This document shows positions 29,232-38,878 of a stretch of 64,000 nt of DNA, piece after piece. Source of the DNA: Patescibacteria group bacterium (GTDB taxonomy: Bacteria > Patescibacteriota > Doudnabacteria > UBA920); assembly GCA_013387205.1 (NCBI GenBank), contig WARV01000008.1, positions 64,136 through 128,135 of the forward strand, written 5' to 3'. The notes below the pieces were generated by a model, which worked only from the letters and a program-made list of their open reading frames with translations, did no database searches and was not told the origin of the DNA. The position numbers and the translations under genes were made by a program. Every line of letters starts with the position of its first letter. Position 1 is the first letter of the stretch.

Positions 29232-31061
29232 ATGGAACTAAGTAACATCAGGAATTTTTGCATAATCGCTCATATTGACCACGGCAAGTCCACTTTAGCT
29301 GACCGGCTTTTAGAAATTACCAATACGGTATCCAAACGTGAAATGAAAGACCAGATACTTGACCAAATGGATCTTGAGCGCGAACGCGGTATTACCATCA
29401 AATTGCAACCCGTTAGGATGGAATATAAAATTCCAAATAAAATCCAAGATCCAAATTCCCAAACCTTAAATCCTAAATCTTATATCTTAAATTTAATCGA
29501 CACACCGGGCCATGTGGACTTTACATATGAAGTTTCGCGCTCTTTAGCCTGCTGCGAAGGCGCAATTTTAGTTGTAGACAGCACCCAAGGAATCGAAGCC
29601 CAGACTTTGGCTAACGTGTATCTAGCCTTAGAGCACGATTTAACCTTGATTCCGGTTGTCAATAAAATTGACCTGCCGAATTCCGACAAGAAAAAAACCG
29701 CGGAAGAATTAAAAGCGGCCTTTGGATTTACTGATAACGAAATTTTATATGCTTCGGGAAAAACCGGCGAAGGCGTGGAAGGAATTTTAGATGCCGTGGT
29801 GGAACGCGTTGCTCCGCCAAAAGGCGAAAGCAGCAAAGCTTTAAGAGCTTTGATTTTCGATTCGGTTTACGATATTCACCGCGGAGTTATCGTCTTTGTC
29901 AGGATTATGGACGGACAGCTTTTTCCGCGCGAAAAAATATATATGCTCGGTAGCGAAACCCAGGCAGAGAGCCTTGAGGTCGGGTATTTCCATCCAAAAA
30001 TGGAAAAAAGCGGACAATTGAAAACCGGAGAAGTCGGGTATATTGTCACGGGATTGCGGGATGTAAGCAAAGCCAGGGTCGGGGACACAGTCACGCTTTG
30101 GGAAATTCGCCAGGAAGCATTGCCGCTTCCAGGATACAAGCAGATTAAACCAATGGTTTACGCGACAATTTTCCCGGTTTCAGGAGACGACTATCCGCTG
30201 CTTCGCGACGCAATGGAAAAATTAAAGCTTTCAGATTCAGCTTTGGAATTTGAACCTATAAACATCCCTTCAATCGGCTTTGGATTCAGGACTGGCTTTT
30301 TAGGGCTTCTACACATGGATATTGTGCAGGAGCGTCTTAGCCGCGAGTATGATTTGGATTTGGTACTCACTGCACCATCTGTGGCTTACCGCGTAGTAAA
30401 AACCGATAATACGGAAATTTATATCCATAACCCGGCAGAATTCCCAGACCCATCAGTCATAAAAGAACTGTACGAGCCGTGGATGATGGTAAATATTTTA
30501 ACCCCGTCCGATTACATTGGCCCGATTATGGAAATTGCCACGCAGCGCAGGGCGATATCTAAAGACATTAAATACATCGGCAAAGACAGGGTGGATATGC
30601 ATTTTGAAATGCCTTTGGCTAATATTATTTTGGATTTTTATGATAAGTTAAAGAGCGTGTCTTCTGGTTATGCTTCTTTAAATTACGATTTTATCGAAGA
30701 AAGAATTGGGGATTTGGTCAAAGTTGATGTTTTGGTCGCAGGCGAGCCTGTTCCGGCATTGGCAGCGATTATGCATCGCAGCGTCGCGCATGTGGAAGGG
30801 AAAGAACTGATTGAAAAATTAAAGAAATTGATTCCGCGCCACCAGTTTGAAATCGCGCTTCAGGCTGCAATCGGCGGAAAAGTCATTGCGCGCGAAACCA
30901 TTTCAGCCTTGAGAAAAGACGTTACCGGCTACTTGTATGGTGGCGACGTCACCCGTAAAATGAAACTTTTGAACAAACAGAAAAAAGGCAAAAAGAGAAT
31001 GAAAAAAATCGGGAAAGTAGATATACCGCAGGAAGCCTTCCTCGCTGTGCTTAAAAAATAA
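29232..31061 (+). CDS. lepA: Elongation factor 4
   Basis: IRNFCIIAHIDHGKSTLADR, DTPGHVDF and GGDVTRK motifs. Confidence 0.97.
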   Translation: MELSNIRNFCIIAHIDHGKSTLADRLLEITNTVSKREMKDQILDQMDLERERGITIKLQPVRMEYKIPNKIQDPNSQTLNPKSYILNLIDTPGHVDFTYEVSRSLACCEGAILVVDSTQGIEAQTLANVYLALEHDLTLIPVVNKIDLPNSDKKKTAEELKAAFGFTDNEILYASGKTGEGVEGILDAVVERVAPPKGESSKALRALIFDSVYDIHRGVIVFVRIMDGQLFPREKIYMLGSETQAESLEVGYFHPKMEKSGQLKTGEVGYIVTGLRDVSKARVGDTVTLWEIRQEALPLPGYKQIKPMVYATIFPVSGDDYPLLRDAMEKLKLSDSALEFEPINIPSIGFGFRTGFLGLLHMDIVQERLSREYDLDLVLTAPSVAYRVVKTDNTEIYIHNPAEFPDPSVIKELYEPWMMVNILTPSDYIGPIMEIATQRRAISKDIKYIGKDRVDMHFEMPLANIILDFYDKLKSVSSGYASLNYDFIEERIGDLVKVDVLVAGEPVPALAAIMHRSVAHVEGKELIEKLKKLIPRHQFEIALQAAIGGKVIARETISALRKDVTGYLYGGDVTRKMKLLNKQKKGKKRMKKIGKVDIPQEAFLAVLKK

Positions 31062-31114
31062 GACAAAAGAAGCGCGCCTCAGACCCATTCGGTTGAGGCG
31101 CGCTGAAGTTTTTA

Positions 31115-31321
31115 TTATTCAGGATTTAGCCGTGCGATTGTGATAACGTTATTGCAAAAGGCTAATGACAGATCTTTTTGGGGCATTGCGAGTTCGATCT
31201 GAAGGATTGGGTGATCGAAAAGTGGGTCTATGGGCGGATTGATTGTGAAATTTTTTGATCCGCCTGGTTCTAACCCATGACATTCATCATGCAAATACTT
31301 AGCTATTTCCTTCAAAGTCAT
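31115..31321 (-). CDS. Hypothetical protein
   Basis: 68 aa ORF with GAGG upstream. Confidence 0.45.
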   Translation of the reverse strand: MTLKEIAKYLHDECHGLEPGGSKNFTINPPIDPLFDHPILQIELAMPQKDLSLAFCNNVITIARLNPE

Positions 31322-31351
31322 AGTTTCCTCACTTAGATTTGTTTTAAAAAC

Positions 31352-31540
31352 CTAGCTGCTGCGGTTGCTGTGTCCTTCCTGGCGGAGATCCCGTCGCGCG
31401 TTCCGGAAATCCACCGGATCGATTCTGGGTTGTTCCCAGATATCACGTTTTGCCAAAGCCGCAAGTTCGCTGCTTGTTTTGCCGGCTCCTTCTAAAGCCT
31501 GTGCGGTATCTTCCTCTGTGGCTCGCCCTAAATTATCCAT
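31352..31540 (-). CDS. Hypothetical protein
   Basis: 62 aa ORF with AGGAGG upstream. Confidence 0.45.
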   Translation of the reverse strand: MDNLGRATEEDTAQALEGAGKTSSELAALAKRDIWEQPRIDPVDFRNARRDLRQEGHSNRSS

Positions 31541-31760
31541 CTATAGTGTTACTCCTCCTTCCGCTGTAAAATAGCAAAAATTTTGGGTTTAATCAAGGCG
31601 ATTCCAAAATAAACTCCGACGTAACCATACGCTGGAATCGGCGGCGGACGAGAAGTGTAATGTTATTTTAGCGAATGGCTCAAGCCTAGGCTTGAGCCAT
31701 TCAACCTCAATAAAATGAGGGGTTTTATAATATTACCAAAAAGTATGCTAAAATAAAGAC

Positions 31761-31865
31761 ATGTTCAGAAACAGGAAAGTTTTAAACCGGATAATGTATG
31801 TCTTGGCCATAATCATGATTGCTTCCATGGTTTTGGTATTGTTTGGTTTTTCGTTATTTAAATAA
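31761..31865 (+). CDS. Small single-TM peptide (MFRNRKVLNRIMYVLAIIMIASMVLVLFGFSLFK)
   Basis: 34 aa, basic N-terminus plus hydrophobic helix; below the ORF-track cutoff. Confidence 0.6.
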   Translation: MFRNRKVLNRIMYVLAIIMIASMVLVLFGFSLFK

Positions 31866-31868
31866 ATA

Positions 31869-31961
31869 TAATCCGAATTACCCGAATCTTATCCAAATGA
31901 CCCGAAAACGATATTCGTAGTTCGTAGAGATTCGTTGATTCGTTCCATTTGCAGATTCGAT
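31869..31961. repeat. Chimeric periodic-arm element (family C left arm, ATTCGT-type right arm)
   Basis: Left arm nearly identical to 59098; right arm complementary to 3345-3414. Confidence 0.7.
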
Positions 31962-31965
31962 TTTT

Positions 31966-32478
31966 ATGTTTAAGTTTGACCTGCACCACAATGAAAACCT
32001 GGTCGAAATGTTCAGGAAATCGGAAATGGTTTTAGCCAAGCCGGTCCTTGCGATTTTTGTTTTTATTTATATTCCCTGGTATTTCTTAATCAAGTATGAA
32101 CTTGTCGCTGATTACAAAAACATCCTTTTGGCTTGGACAACTCTTGTTCTTATTTTTGGGATTCATAGGTACTTATTATGGCTTTTGAATGTCTGCCTGC
32201 TTACCAGCCAGAGATTTGTGATGGTGGAGTACAAAAGCTTGTTTAAAAAGAAAGTGGTGGAAATTCATCTTGATAAAATCAGTAACATCAGCTATTCGAC
32301 ATCAGGTATTTTTTCCTCCTTGTTCGGTTTTGGCGATTTGCATGTCCAATTTTCGGGATCGTCGGAAATGATAATTGCCAAAAACATCAGCCAGCCATCT
32401 AAAGTTAAAGATAAAATTTGGAAAGCGGCAAAGGCAGCAACACATAAAAGCGTTCACTCAGTTGTTGCGATGGAATAA
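31966..32478 (+). CDS. Membrane protein with bacterial PH domain
   Basis: Two TM segments then LLTSQR...LDKISNI...FGFGDL. Confidence 0.75.
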   Translation: MFKFDLHHNENLVEMFRKSEMVLAKPVLAIFVFIYIPWYFLIKYELVADYKNILLAWTTLVLIFGIHRYLLWLLNVCLLTSQRFVMVEYKSLFKKKVVEIHLDKISNISYSTSGIFSSLFGFGDLHVQFSGSSEMIIAKNISQPSKVKDKIWKAAKAATHKSVHSVVAME

Positions 32479-32515
32479 TTTTTGTCAATTATGTCAATTT
32501 TGTTCAATTCTAATT

Positions 32516-32887
32516 ATGGATCGCAAAATCCTTCTATCATCAAAGATAACTTTAGCAATACTGGCTGTATTTTTAGGATTCCTGTGCAATATTAAATACA
32601 AGCAATGGGCCAGCCAAAAGGCTATTGAAAAAGAAAAGACAAGCCTGGCCCTGCAGGCAGACCAGTTGGATAAAAAGAACCAGGAACTCGACCAGTCGCT
32701 TTCTTACCTGAATTCCCAAAGTTTCAAGGAAAGGGTAGCCAGGCAGCAGCTGAACTTAAAAAAAGACGGTGAGACAGTTTATAATTTTTCAAATCCGCAG
32801 GTTAGCCCTGGCGATGACGGTGCTAACCAAAAATCAGGCAAAAGCAATATCCAAAAATGGTGGGAATATTTTTACGACAATAAATAA
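32516..32887 (+). CDS. Septum formation initiator (FtsB/DivIC-like)
   Basis: TM plus coiled coil plus ERVARQQLNLKKDGE. Confidence 0.8.
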   Translation: MDRKILLSSKITLAILAVFLGFLCNIKYKQWASQKAIEKEKTSLALQADQLDKKNQELDQSLSYLNSQSFKERVARQQLNLKKDGETVYNFSNPQVSPGDDGANQKSGKSNIQKWWEYFYDNK

Positions 32888-32900
32888 TTAAATACAAGAT

Positions 32901-33791
32901 ATGAAAAAACTTAAAAAGTGGCACATAGTATCAATAAGTTTAGTTGTAGTAATTTTGGCAGGGCTAACAGGTTTAGGCTTTTGGCTGTCCAAGGGCAAAA
33001 TTACGCAAACAAAGGCAAAAATTTATAAAGTACTTCCTTTCCCAATGGCACTGGTCAATAACCATCCTTTGACCATGAAGAATTTTTTGAGCCGGTTAGA
33101 TTCAGCTAAGGTATTTTACGATAAATCAGGCACGAAATACGACGAAACCGGACTGGAAGAAGCCATTGCAAACAAAATGGTTGATGAGGAAAAAATTAAC
33201 ATTTTGGCGAAAACCAATAACGTCAGCGTAAAAGACAGCGAAATTAACGACGAATATTCTGTCAGAGCCAAGTCTGCGGACTTGGAAGGCAAGAAGAACT
33301 TCGAAGATCTTTTGAAAAGCTATGGCCTAAATACCGCGTCGTTCAAAAGCGATGTCATAAGGCCTGACCTTTTGGCGACAAATTTAGTGGTGTGGTTTAA
33401 CGCCCAAAAAAACCTTAACTCCGACCAGTATAAGCTGGCTGACGACTTGATGAAAAAGATCGAAAGCGGCCAGTCAATGGAAGACATTGCTTCAAAATTC
33501 TCCCAGGAAGACGCTACAAAAATGACTCAGGGCGATTTGGGTTTTATTGAAATTAACGGTGTCCTGCCTGAACTTAAGGAAACATTGGATTCCATGTCTG
33601 CCGGCCAGTCAAAAATTGCCGCCAGCCGCTACGGCATCCATATTTTAAAGCTTGAAGAGAAAGACAATAATGGCGAAAATAACGGCGCCAGGATGCATAT
33701 TAAGCAGATTTTCATCAAACCGAATGATTTTGAAAAGTGGTTTAAAGACGAAACGCAAAATTTCAAAGTTAAAAAAATAGTTAAAATTTAG
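32901..33791 (+). CDS. PrsA/SurA-type peptidylprolyl isomerase
   Basis: SurA N-domain; parvulin-like FSQE...GDLGF...YGIHI. Confidence 0.8.
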   Translation: MKKLKKWHIVSISLVVVILAGLTGLGFWLSKGKITQTKAKIYKVLPFPMALVNNHPLTMKNFLSRLDSAKVFYDKSGTKYDETGLEEAIANKMVDEEKINILAKTNNVSVKDSEINDEYSVRAKSADLEGKKNFEDLLKSYGLNTASFKSDVIRPDLLATNLVVWFNAQKNLNSDQYKLADDLMKKIESGQSMEDIASKFSQEDATKMTQGDLGFIEINGVLPELKETLDSMSAGQSKIAASRYGIHILKLEEKDNNGENNGARMHIKQIFIKPNDFEKWFKDETQNFKVKKIVKI

Positions 33792-33802
33792 AAATTAAAA
33801 AA

Positions 33803-33859
33803 GAAGTAGTCTTGAAAAGCTGCTTTTAAGGCGATATTCCAGAATTTTGAGACTACTTC
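33803..33859. mobile_element. Short MITE-like element
   Basis: GAAGTAGTCTTGAAA ... TTTTGAGACTACTTC inverted termini. Confidence 0.6.
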
Positions 33860-33871
33860 AAGCAAACAAAT

Positions 33872-35767
33872 ATGGAAAATGAGGTCGTAAAATACATAAA
33901 AGAGGCCCGACAACATGGCTTAAGCGATCTTGAAATAAAACAAAATTTGCTCAATGTTGGCTGGGAAGCCGATGCAGTTGAGGATAGTTTTGCGTATGTC
34001 AAAGCTTCAGAAAATAAGCCTTTGGCAAACCGCGACGAAGATATTAAAACTCACGCGTCTCAGACCCCCGACCAATATTATAAAAGAACCCTTGGCGATA
34101 CCGGTGGTGTTGCGCATGGTATAAATTCTGTTAAGCCTGCTCAGTTACCACACGAAGAACCGCAAATGGCTGCAAAACCTGCTTCTGTCCAAACCAACCT
34201 CCCGCAGCATGCACTAAATATTTCCAAAAAACAATCAATCTTCAAAAATCCAAAATTTTGGACTAGCATTATTTTACTGGCTATGATTGGAGTCGGCGGC
34301 TATGCGTATTACACTTACGCCTATAACTCTCCTGAAAAAATTTGGAATAAGTTCGTAAAATCTGAAAAAAGCAGTATTTTTGAAAGCAATTTCACTTACG
34401 CATATGCGGATAAAGGTAAAATTTCCAGCGATAACAAAGATCTGGCTTCCTTAAAAGGCATAAAACTCTCGTTTGCAGGGGATTCATACGTAAATTCCAC
34501 AGACCCGAATAACACGCAGTCCAGTTCAAAGTTCCAATATTCGTTCAGCAGCGGAAATACCAGCATCAGCACCGGAGCGGAATATATCCTGCTGAATAAA
34601 AATTTTTACCTGAATGTTGGCGATAACCCTTTTTTGTCCAAAATCTTGGATTCTGTAAGCAAGGGTAAAAAATATGACTGGATAAAAATCGATTTAGGCG
34701 CGATTCAGGATGAAATGGCAAAAAGCAATAAAGACGGCCTGGATAAGTTTAATGAAATATTCAATCCAAGTTTTAAGCAGGAATTAGCAAATATTTGGGA
34801 AAACGCGACATTGGTTAAAATAGATAAATATCTCGGCAGGGAAAAAGTCGGCGACGTTAACACCCTTCATTTTAAAAATTCCCTGGACAAGCAGGCTTTA
34901 AAAGACGCGATAAGGCAATACGCGGATAAGATAATAAATGCTTTAAACGAAAAAGAAACAAATCCTGAAAATAAACTAAAAGATGAGGATAGAAACGCTC
35001 TCTATTCGGCCATAAACAGTTTAATTGATAAAACCAACATTTCGGAATTTGAAACATGGATTGGCATAAAAGATTTTAAGTTATACAAAGTCCATCTGGT
35101 AACCAGTGCTCCTTCTGTGGCGTCTATTGCCAATCTGGCGTCTACGGAATATTCAGACATGGCAAATCTGCCCACGCAAAACAGCGACACCAAAAAAATA
35201 TCGGACATCAGGCAGTTATCGGCAGCCTTGGAAAGCTACCATAAAGATAAGGGCGGTTACCCGGAAGCGAACAACGGCGTTCCCACGGATATTTCACCGT
35301 TTTATGTTGCAGTCGTCCCTGTTGCCCCAAGCGCTACGGGCAATTGCACGGATTTTTATAATACATACTGGTATACGCCAAAAGGCGAAAAGAAAACAGT
35401 GAACGGCAAAACATTATACAGTTCGTTCGAATATACTTTTTGCATTGGCACAGACCAGGGAATGTACAAAGCGGGAATTGGCAAGCTGACACCATCAGGA
35501 ATTGAAATCCCCATAACCTGTCCCGGCACGCCGGAGCAATGCAGTAAGCCAAGCCAAAACCAAGATAAAACCAGGGATGAAAAAATCAATGAATTTATTT
35601 CAAAAATTGATTTTGCGGGCGAAATAAGAATTGACATGGTTTATTCCAATTACGGAAAGGCCAAGCAGCTGGAAGCGCCAAAAGAATATTTTGATGTAGT
35701 GAATGAATTAAAAAATACCCAATCCCAATCAAATTTTAAAAAAAGTTTGACTGGCAACATAAGATAA
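33872..35767 (+). CDS. Membrane-anchored surface protein with internal pilin-like segment
   Basis: One TM; DTKKISDIRQLSAALESYHKDKGGYP resembles the pilin alpha1 helix. Confidence 0.65.
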   Translation: MENEVVKYIKEARQHGLSDLEIKQNLLNVGWEADAVEDSFAYVKASENKPLANRDEDIKTHASQTPDQYYKRTLGDTGGVAHGINSVKPAQLPHEEPQMAAKPASVQTNLPQHALNISKKQSIFKNPKFWTSIILLAMIGVGGYAYYTYAYNSPEKIWNKFVKSEKSSIFESNFTYAYADKGKISSDNKDLASLKGIKLSFAGDSYVNSTDPNNTQSSSKFQYSFSSGNTSISTGAEYILLNKNFYLNVGDNPFLSKILDSVSKGKKYDWIKIDLGAIQDEMAKSNKDGLDKFNEIFNPSFKQELANIWENATLVKIDKYLGREKVGDVNTLHFKNSLDKQALKDAIRQYADKIINALNEKETNPENKLKDEDRNALYSAINSLIDKTNISEFETWIGIKDFKLYKVHLVTSAPSVASIANLASTEYSDMANLPTQNSDTKKISDIRQLSAALESYHKDKGGYPEANNGVPTDISPFYVAVVPVAPSATGNCTDFYNTYWYTPKGEKKTVNGKTLYSSFEYTFCIGTDQGMYKAGIGKLTPSGIEIPITCPGTPEQCSKPSQNQDKTRDEKINEFISKIDFAGEIRIDMVYSNYGKAKQLEAPKEYFDVVNELKNTQSQSNFKKSLTGNIR

Positions 35768-35858
35768 CACTAAGAGTATAATTAAAAAGATCCGGCCGGT
35801 TGCCGGTCTTTTTAATTTCACCAATTTAAGATATAATAAGTACAAGTATTTTTTTATC

Positions 35859-36980
35859 ATGCCCAAAATTTTATACCGCACTTGGATTGAAATTGACAAG
35901 AAAGCGGTCAGTCACAATTTTTTAACCTTCAAAAAACTTATTAACACAAAAACCAAGCTTTTAGGCGTGGTTAAATCCAATGCGTACGGCCATGAACTAA
36001 TGGGTTTTTCACGCGTCTTAAGCGATTTGGGCATTGACTGGCTGGGTGTGGATTCCATAACCGAAGCGCATACGCTCAGGCGCCATAAAATAAATAACCG
36101 GATTTTGGTTTTGGGATATACGCTCCCGGCAAATTTTGATTTGGCAGGCAACCACGGCATTGCTTTGACTATTTCTGATTTTATAAATTTAGGAATGGCC
36201 AAAAAACATAAAGGCGATATTACCATCCACTTGAAAATTGATACTGGAATGCACAGGCAGGGATTTTTGCTTAAAGACCTGCCAAAAGCATTATCGATCA
36301 TTAAAAATTCCAAGAACATAAAGCTGCAGGGGGTTTATACGCATTTTGCGGCAGCCAAAGCCCCGGATTGGTCAGGCCAAACCCAAAAACAGATTGAGCA
36401 ATTTGAAAAAGCAGTTGCTTTGGCAAAAAAAATCCAGCCAAACATTATTGCCCATGCTTCGGCATCTGCCGGAACGTTAAATTATGCTTTCGCGCACTTT
36501 GACATGGTCAGGGTTGGTGCCGGGCTTTATGGCTTGTGGCCATCTTTAGAAACTAAGCTCAGCAAGGAAAAACAATTGCAGCTAAAACCGGTTTTAACCT
36601 GGAAGACAATTATCAGCGAAGTAAAAACCCTTGAAAAAGGCGAAAAAATCGGGTATGATTTTACGGAAGAACTAAAAAGAAAAACCCGGGTTGCCATATT
36701 GCCGATTGGCTATTGGCACGGATACTGGAGGGCGCTTTCCGGCAAGGCTTGTGTTCTTGCTGGGGGTAAAAGAGCCAAAGTTTTAGGCCGTATCAGCATG
36801 GACATGACGGCAATTGACATAACTGATGCAAGCCAAGCCAAAGTCGGGGACGAAGTAGTGTTAATTGGAAGGCAGGGCAAGGAAAATATCACGGCTGATG
36901 AATTGGCAGAAATCGCAGGAACAACAAATTATGAAATAATCACCAGGATTAATCCATTAATAAAAAAGTTCTTTATATAA
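35859..36980 (+). CDS. alr: Alanine racemase
   Basis: VVKSNAYGH, KIDTGMHRQG and GRISMD motifs. Confidence 0.95.
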   Translation: MPKILYRTWIEIDKKAVSHNFLTFKKLINTKTKLLGVVKSNAYGHELMGFSRVLSDLGIDWLGVDSITEAHTLRRHKINNRILVLGYTLPANFDLAGNHGIALTISDFINLGMAKKHKGDITIHLKIDTGMHRQGFLLKDLPKALSIIKNSKNIKLQGVYTHFAAAKAPDWSGQTQKQIEQFEKAVALAKKIQPNIIAHASASAGTLNYAFAHFDMVRVGAGLYGLWPSLETKLSKEKQLQLKPVLTWKTIISEVKTLEKGEKIGYDFTEELKRKTRVAILPIGYWHGYWRALSGKACVLAGGKRAKVLGRISMDMTAIDITDASQAKVGDEVVLIGRQGKENITADELAEIAGTTNYEIITRINPLIKKFFI

Positions 36981-36986
36981 CATTAC

Positions 36987-37062
36987 GCCGGCTTAGCTCA
37001 TCTGGTAGAGCAGCGGTATCGTAAACCGCAGGTGGTCGGTTCAAGTCCGACAGCCGGCTCCA
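36987..37062 (+). tRNA. tRNA-Thr(CGT)
   Basis: Cloverleaf GCCGGCT...AGCCGGC-TCCA; anticodon loop ATCGTAA. Confidence 0.9.
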
Positions 37063-37076
37063 TTTTATCAGAAATT

Positions 37077-37685
37077 ATGAAAATTCCTAAAGGCGCAAAA
37101 CGGGTTTTTAAGGGAATTATTTTTGACGTTTACCAATGGCAGCAAAAGATGTTTGATGGAAGCCTTGAAACGTTTGAGGCAATAAAAAGGCAAAAGACTG
37201 TTGTTATAATCCCTACATTCAAAAATAAAATAGTTCTCATTAAACAAAAGCAGCCAAATACAGGCTGGTTTTATAGTTTTCCAAGCGGCAGGATGGATAA
37301 GCAAGACAAAAACCCCAAAACGGCCGCTTTAAGGGAATTAAAAGAAGAGACAGGACTTACCCCAAAGAAGGTCGTCTTATGGAAAACCATAAATAATGGC
37401 GGGAAAACCGACCATGATGTATACATATTTTTAGCTAAAGACTGCCGTAAAACGCACGAGCAACAACTGGATGCGGGTGAAAAAGTCAAAGTATACAACT
37501 TCGCTTTTGACGAATTCCTAAAATTGTCAGATAGCGAATATTTTATCGAAAAATCAATTTTAATTGATCTATTAAAGGCAAGATTAAGCAAAAAGTATTG
37601 CGAGATGCTCAAAAAAGCGTTTTTTGGCAATTTGTCAAGCCTGCCAAAAACCGCCAGTCTTGCCAAGCCCGGCATTTTTTGTTAA
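37077..37685 (+). CDS. NUDIX hydrolase (ADP-ribose pyrophosphatase-like)
   Basis: AALRELKEETG; start at 37077, after the tRNA. Confidence 0.85.
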   Translation: MKIPKGAKRVFKGIIFDVYQWQQKMFDGSLETFEAIKRQKTVVIIPTFKNKIVLIKQKQPNTGWFYSFPSGRMDKQDKNPKTAALRELKEETGLTPKKVVLWKTINNGGKTDHDVYIFLAKDCRKTHEQQLDAGEKVKVYNFAFDEFLKLSDSEYFIEKSILIDLLKARLSKKYCEMLKKAFFGNLSSLPKTASLAKPGIFC

Positions 37686-37702
37686 ACTAAGTCCGTTATA
37701 TT

Positions 37703-37972
37703 ATGCAAGACCCCAATCAAATCCCTCAAGAGGAAGCGGCAAAAAAAGAATTCAAGCAAAAGAGAAAAGTTGTCATGGTCGTTTTTGCCGATGCGGCGCT
37801 GGAGTTCGCAATAATGATCTTCCTGCCGTTGTTCGTCTTTATAGAAATTGGCAAAAAATATAACCTGATGCATAATGCCTGGTATTTGATTTTTGGGCTC
37901 ATCCTGGCTCTAAGCATTAGCGCAATTTCAATAGGCACAAGAGCGATAGATTTCAAAAAAAGATTAAAATAA
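37703..37972 (+). CDS. AtpZ/AtpI-like membrane protein
   Basis: Two TM segments, first gene of the atp operon. Confidence 0.6.
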   Translation: MQDPNQIPQEEAAKKEFKQKRKVVMVVFADAALEFAIMIFLPLFVFIEIGKKYNLMHNAWYLIFGLILALSISAISIGTRAIDFKKRLK

Positions 37973-37993
37973 TTAAATTTACAAAGATTTTTC

Positions 37994-38869
37994 ATGCTTG
38001 CCATACCACCATTAGCTGCTGAAACAATATTTTATATAGGTTCTTTCCCGGTAACCAACTCTTACATAAATTCTACCATTGTCGTTATCGGCTTTATTAT
38101 CTTCGCTTTCATAATAAACGCCGCAATAAAAAAATATTATCCGCTGAAAAAAGCCCCCAAAGGCATACTTAACTTTTTTGAGGGTGTTTTGGAATTTTTG
38201 CTGGGTTATATCGATAACGTTACAAAAGACCGCAAAAAAACCATCAGGTTTTTGCCGTTAGTCGGTTCCCTGTTCTTGTTTATTTTGGTTTCAAACTGGA
38301 TGGGCTTGCTGCCTGGAATCGGATCCATTGGCATAACGGAAATGGTTAACGGCCACGCAGAATTTATCCCGATTTTCCGTCCCGCTAATACCGATTTGAA
38401 CATGACCCTTTCTATGGCGGTTTTAGCCGTTACAGCTTCCCATTTCTTAGGCATCGTCACCATTGGGTTCTTTAAATACGCAAACAAATTCATTAAATTC
38501 GGGGATTTATACCAGGCTATAAAAAGCATGAAGCCTGTGAATATTTTAACCGCGGTTATTGAATTTTTCGTAGGCTTAATTGAAATTGTTTCCGAAGTGG
38601 CAAAAATGGTTTCGCTTTCTTTGAGGCTTTTGGGCAATATTTTCGCAGGAGAAGTCCTTTTGACCGTGTTGGCCGGCTTAATCCCATTTTTAATTCCTCT
38701 TCCGTTTATGGCTTTGGAATTATTGGTTGGCTTTATCCAGGCAGTCGTATTTTCCATGTTGGCGCTGGTTTACTTGACTATGGCTACTGCAGAAACCCAT
38801 GGCCACGCTGAAACGGGACATGACGAATCTTTTGCCGAAGCCGAAGAAAACCAAACACCGGCAGTTTAA
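37994..38869 (+). CDS. atpB: ATP synthase subunit a
   Basis: SLSLRLLGNIFAGE and GFIQAVVF motifs. Confidence 0.95.
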   Translation: MLAIPPLAAETIFYIGSFPVTNSYINSTIVVIGFIIFAFIINAAIKKYYPLKKAPKGILNFFEGVLEFLLGYIDNVTKDRKKTIRFLPLVGSLFLFILVSNWMGLLPGIGSIGITEMVNGHAEFIPIFRPANTDLNMTLSMAVLAVTASHFLGIVTIGFFKYANKFIKFGDLYQAIKSMKPVNILTAVIEFFVGLIEIVSEVAKMVSLSLRLLGNIFAGEVLLTVLAGLIPFLIPLPFMALELLVGFIQAVVFSMLALVYLTMATAETHGHAETGHDESFAEAEENQTPAV

Positions 38870-38878
38870 AAATTATTC

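Noticed and set aside
37032-37076. NUDIX start at 37032
   Set aside because: It overlaps tRNA-Thr.
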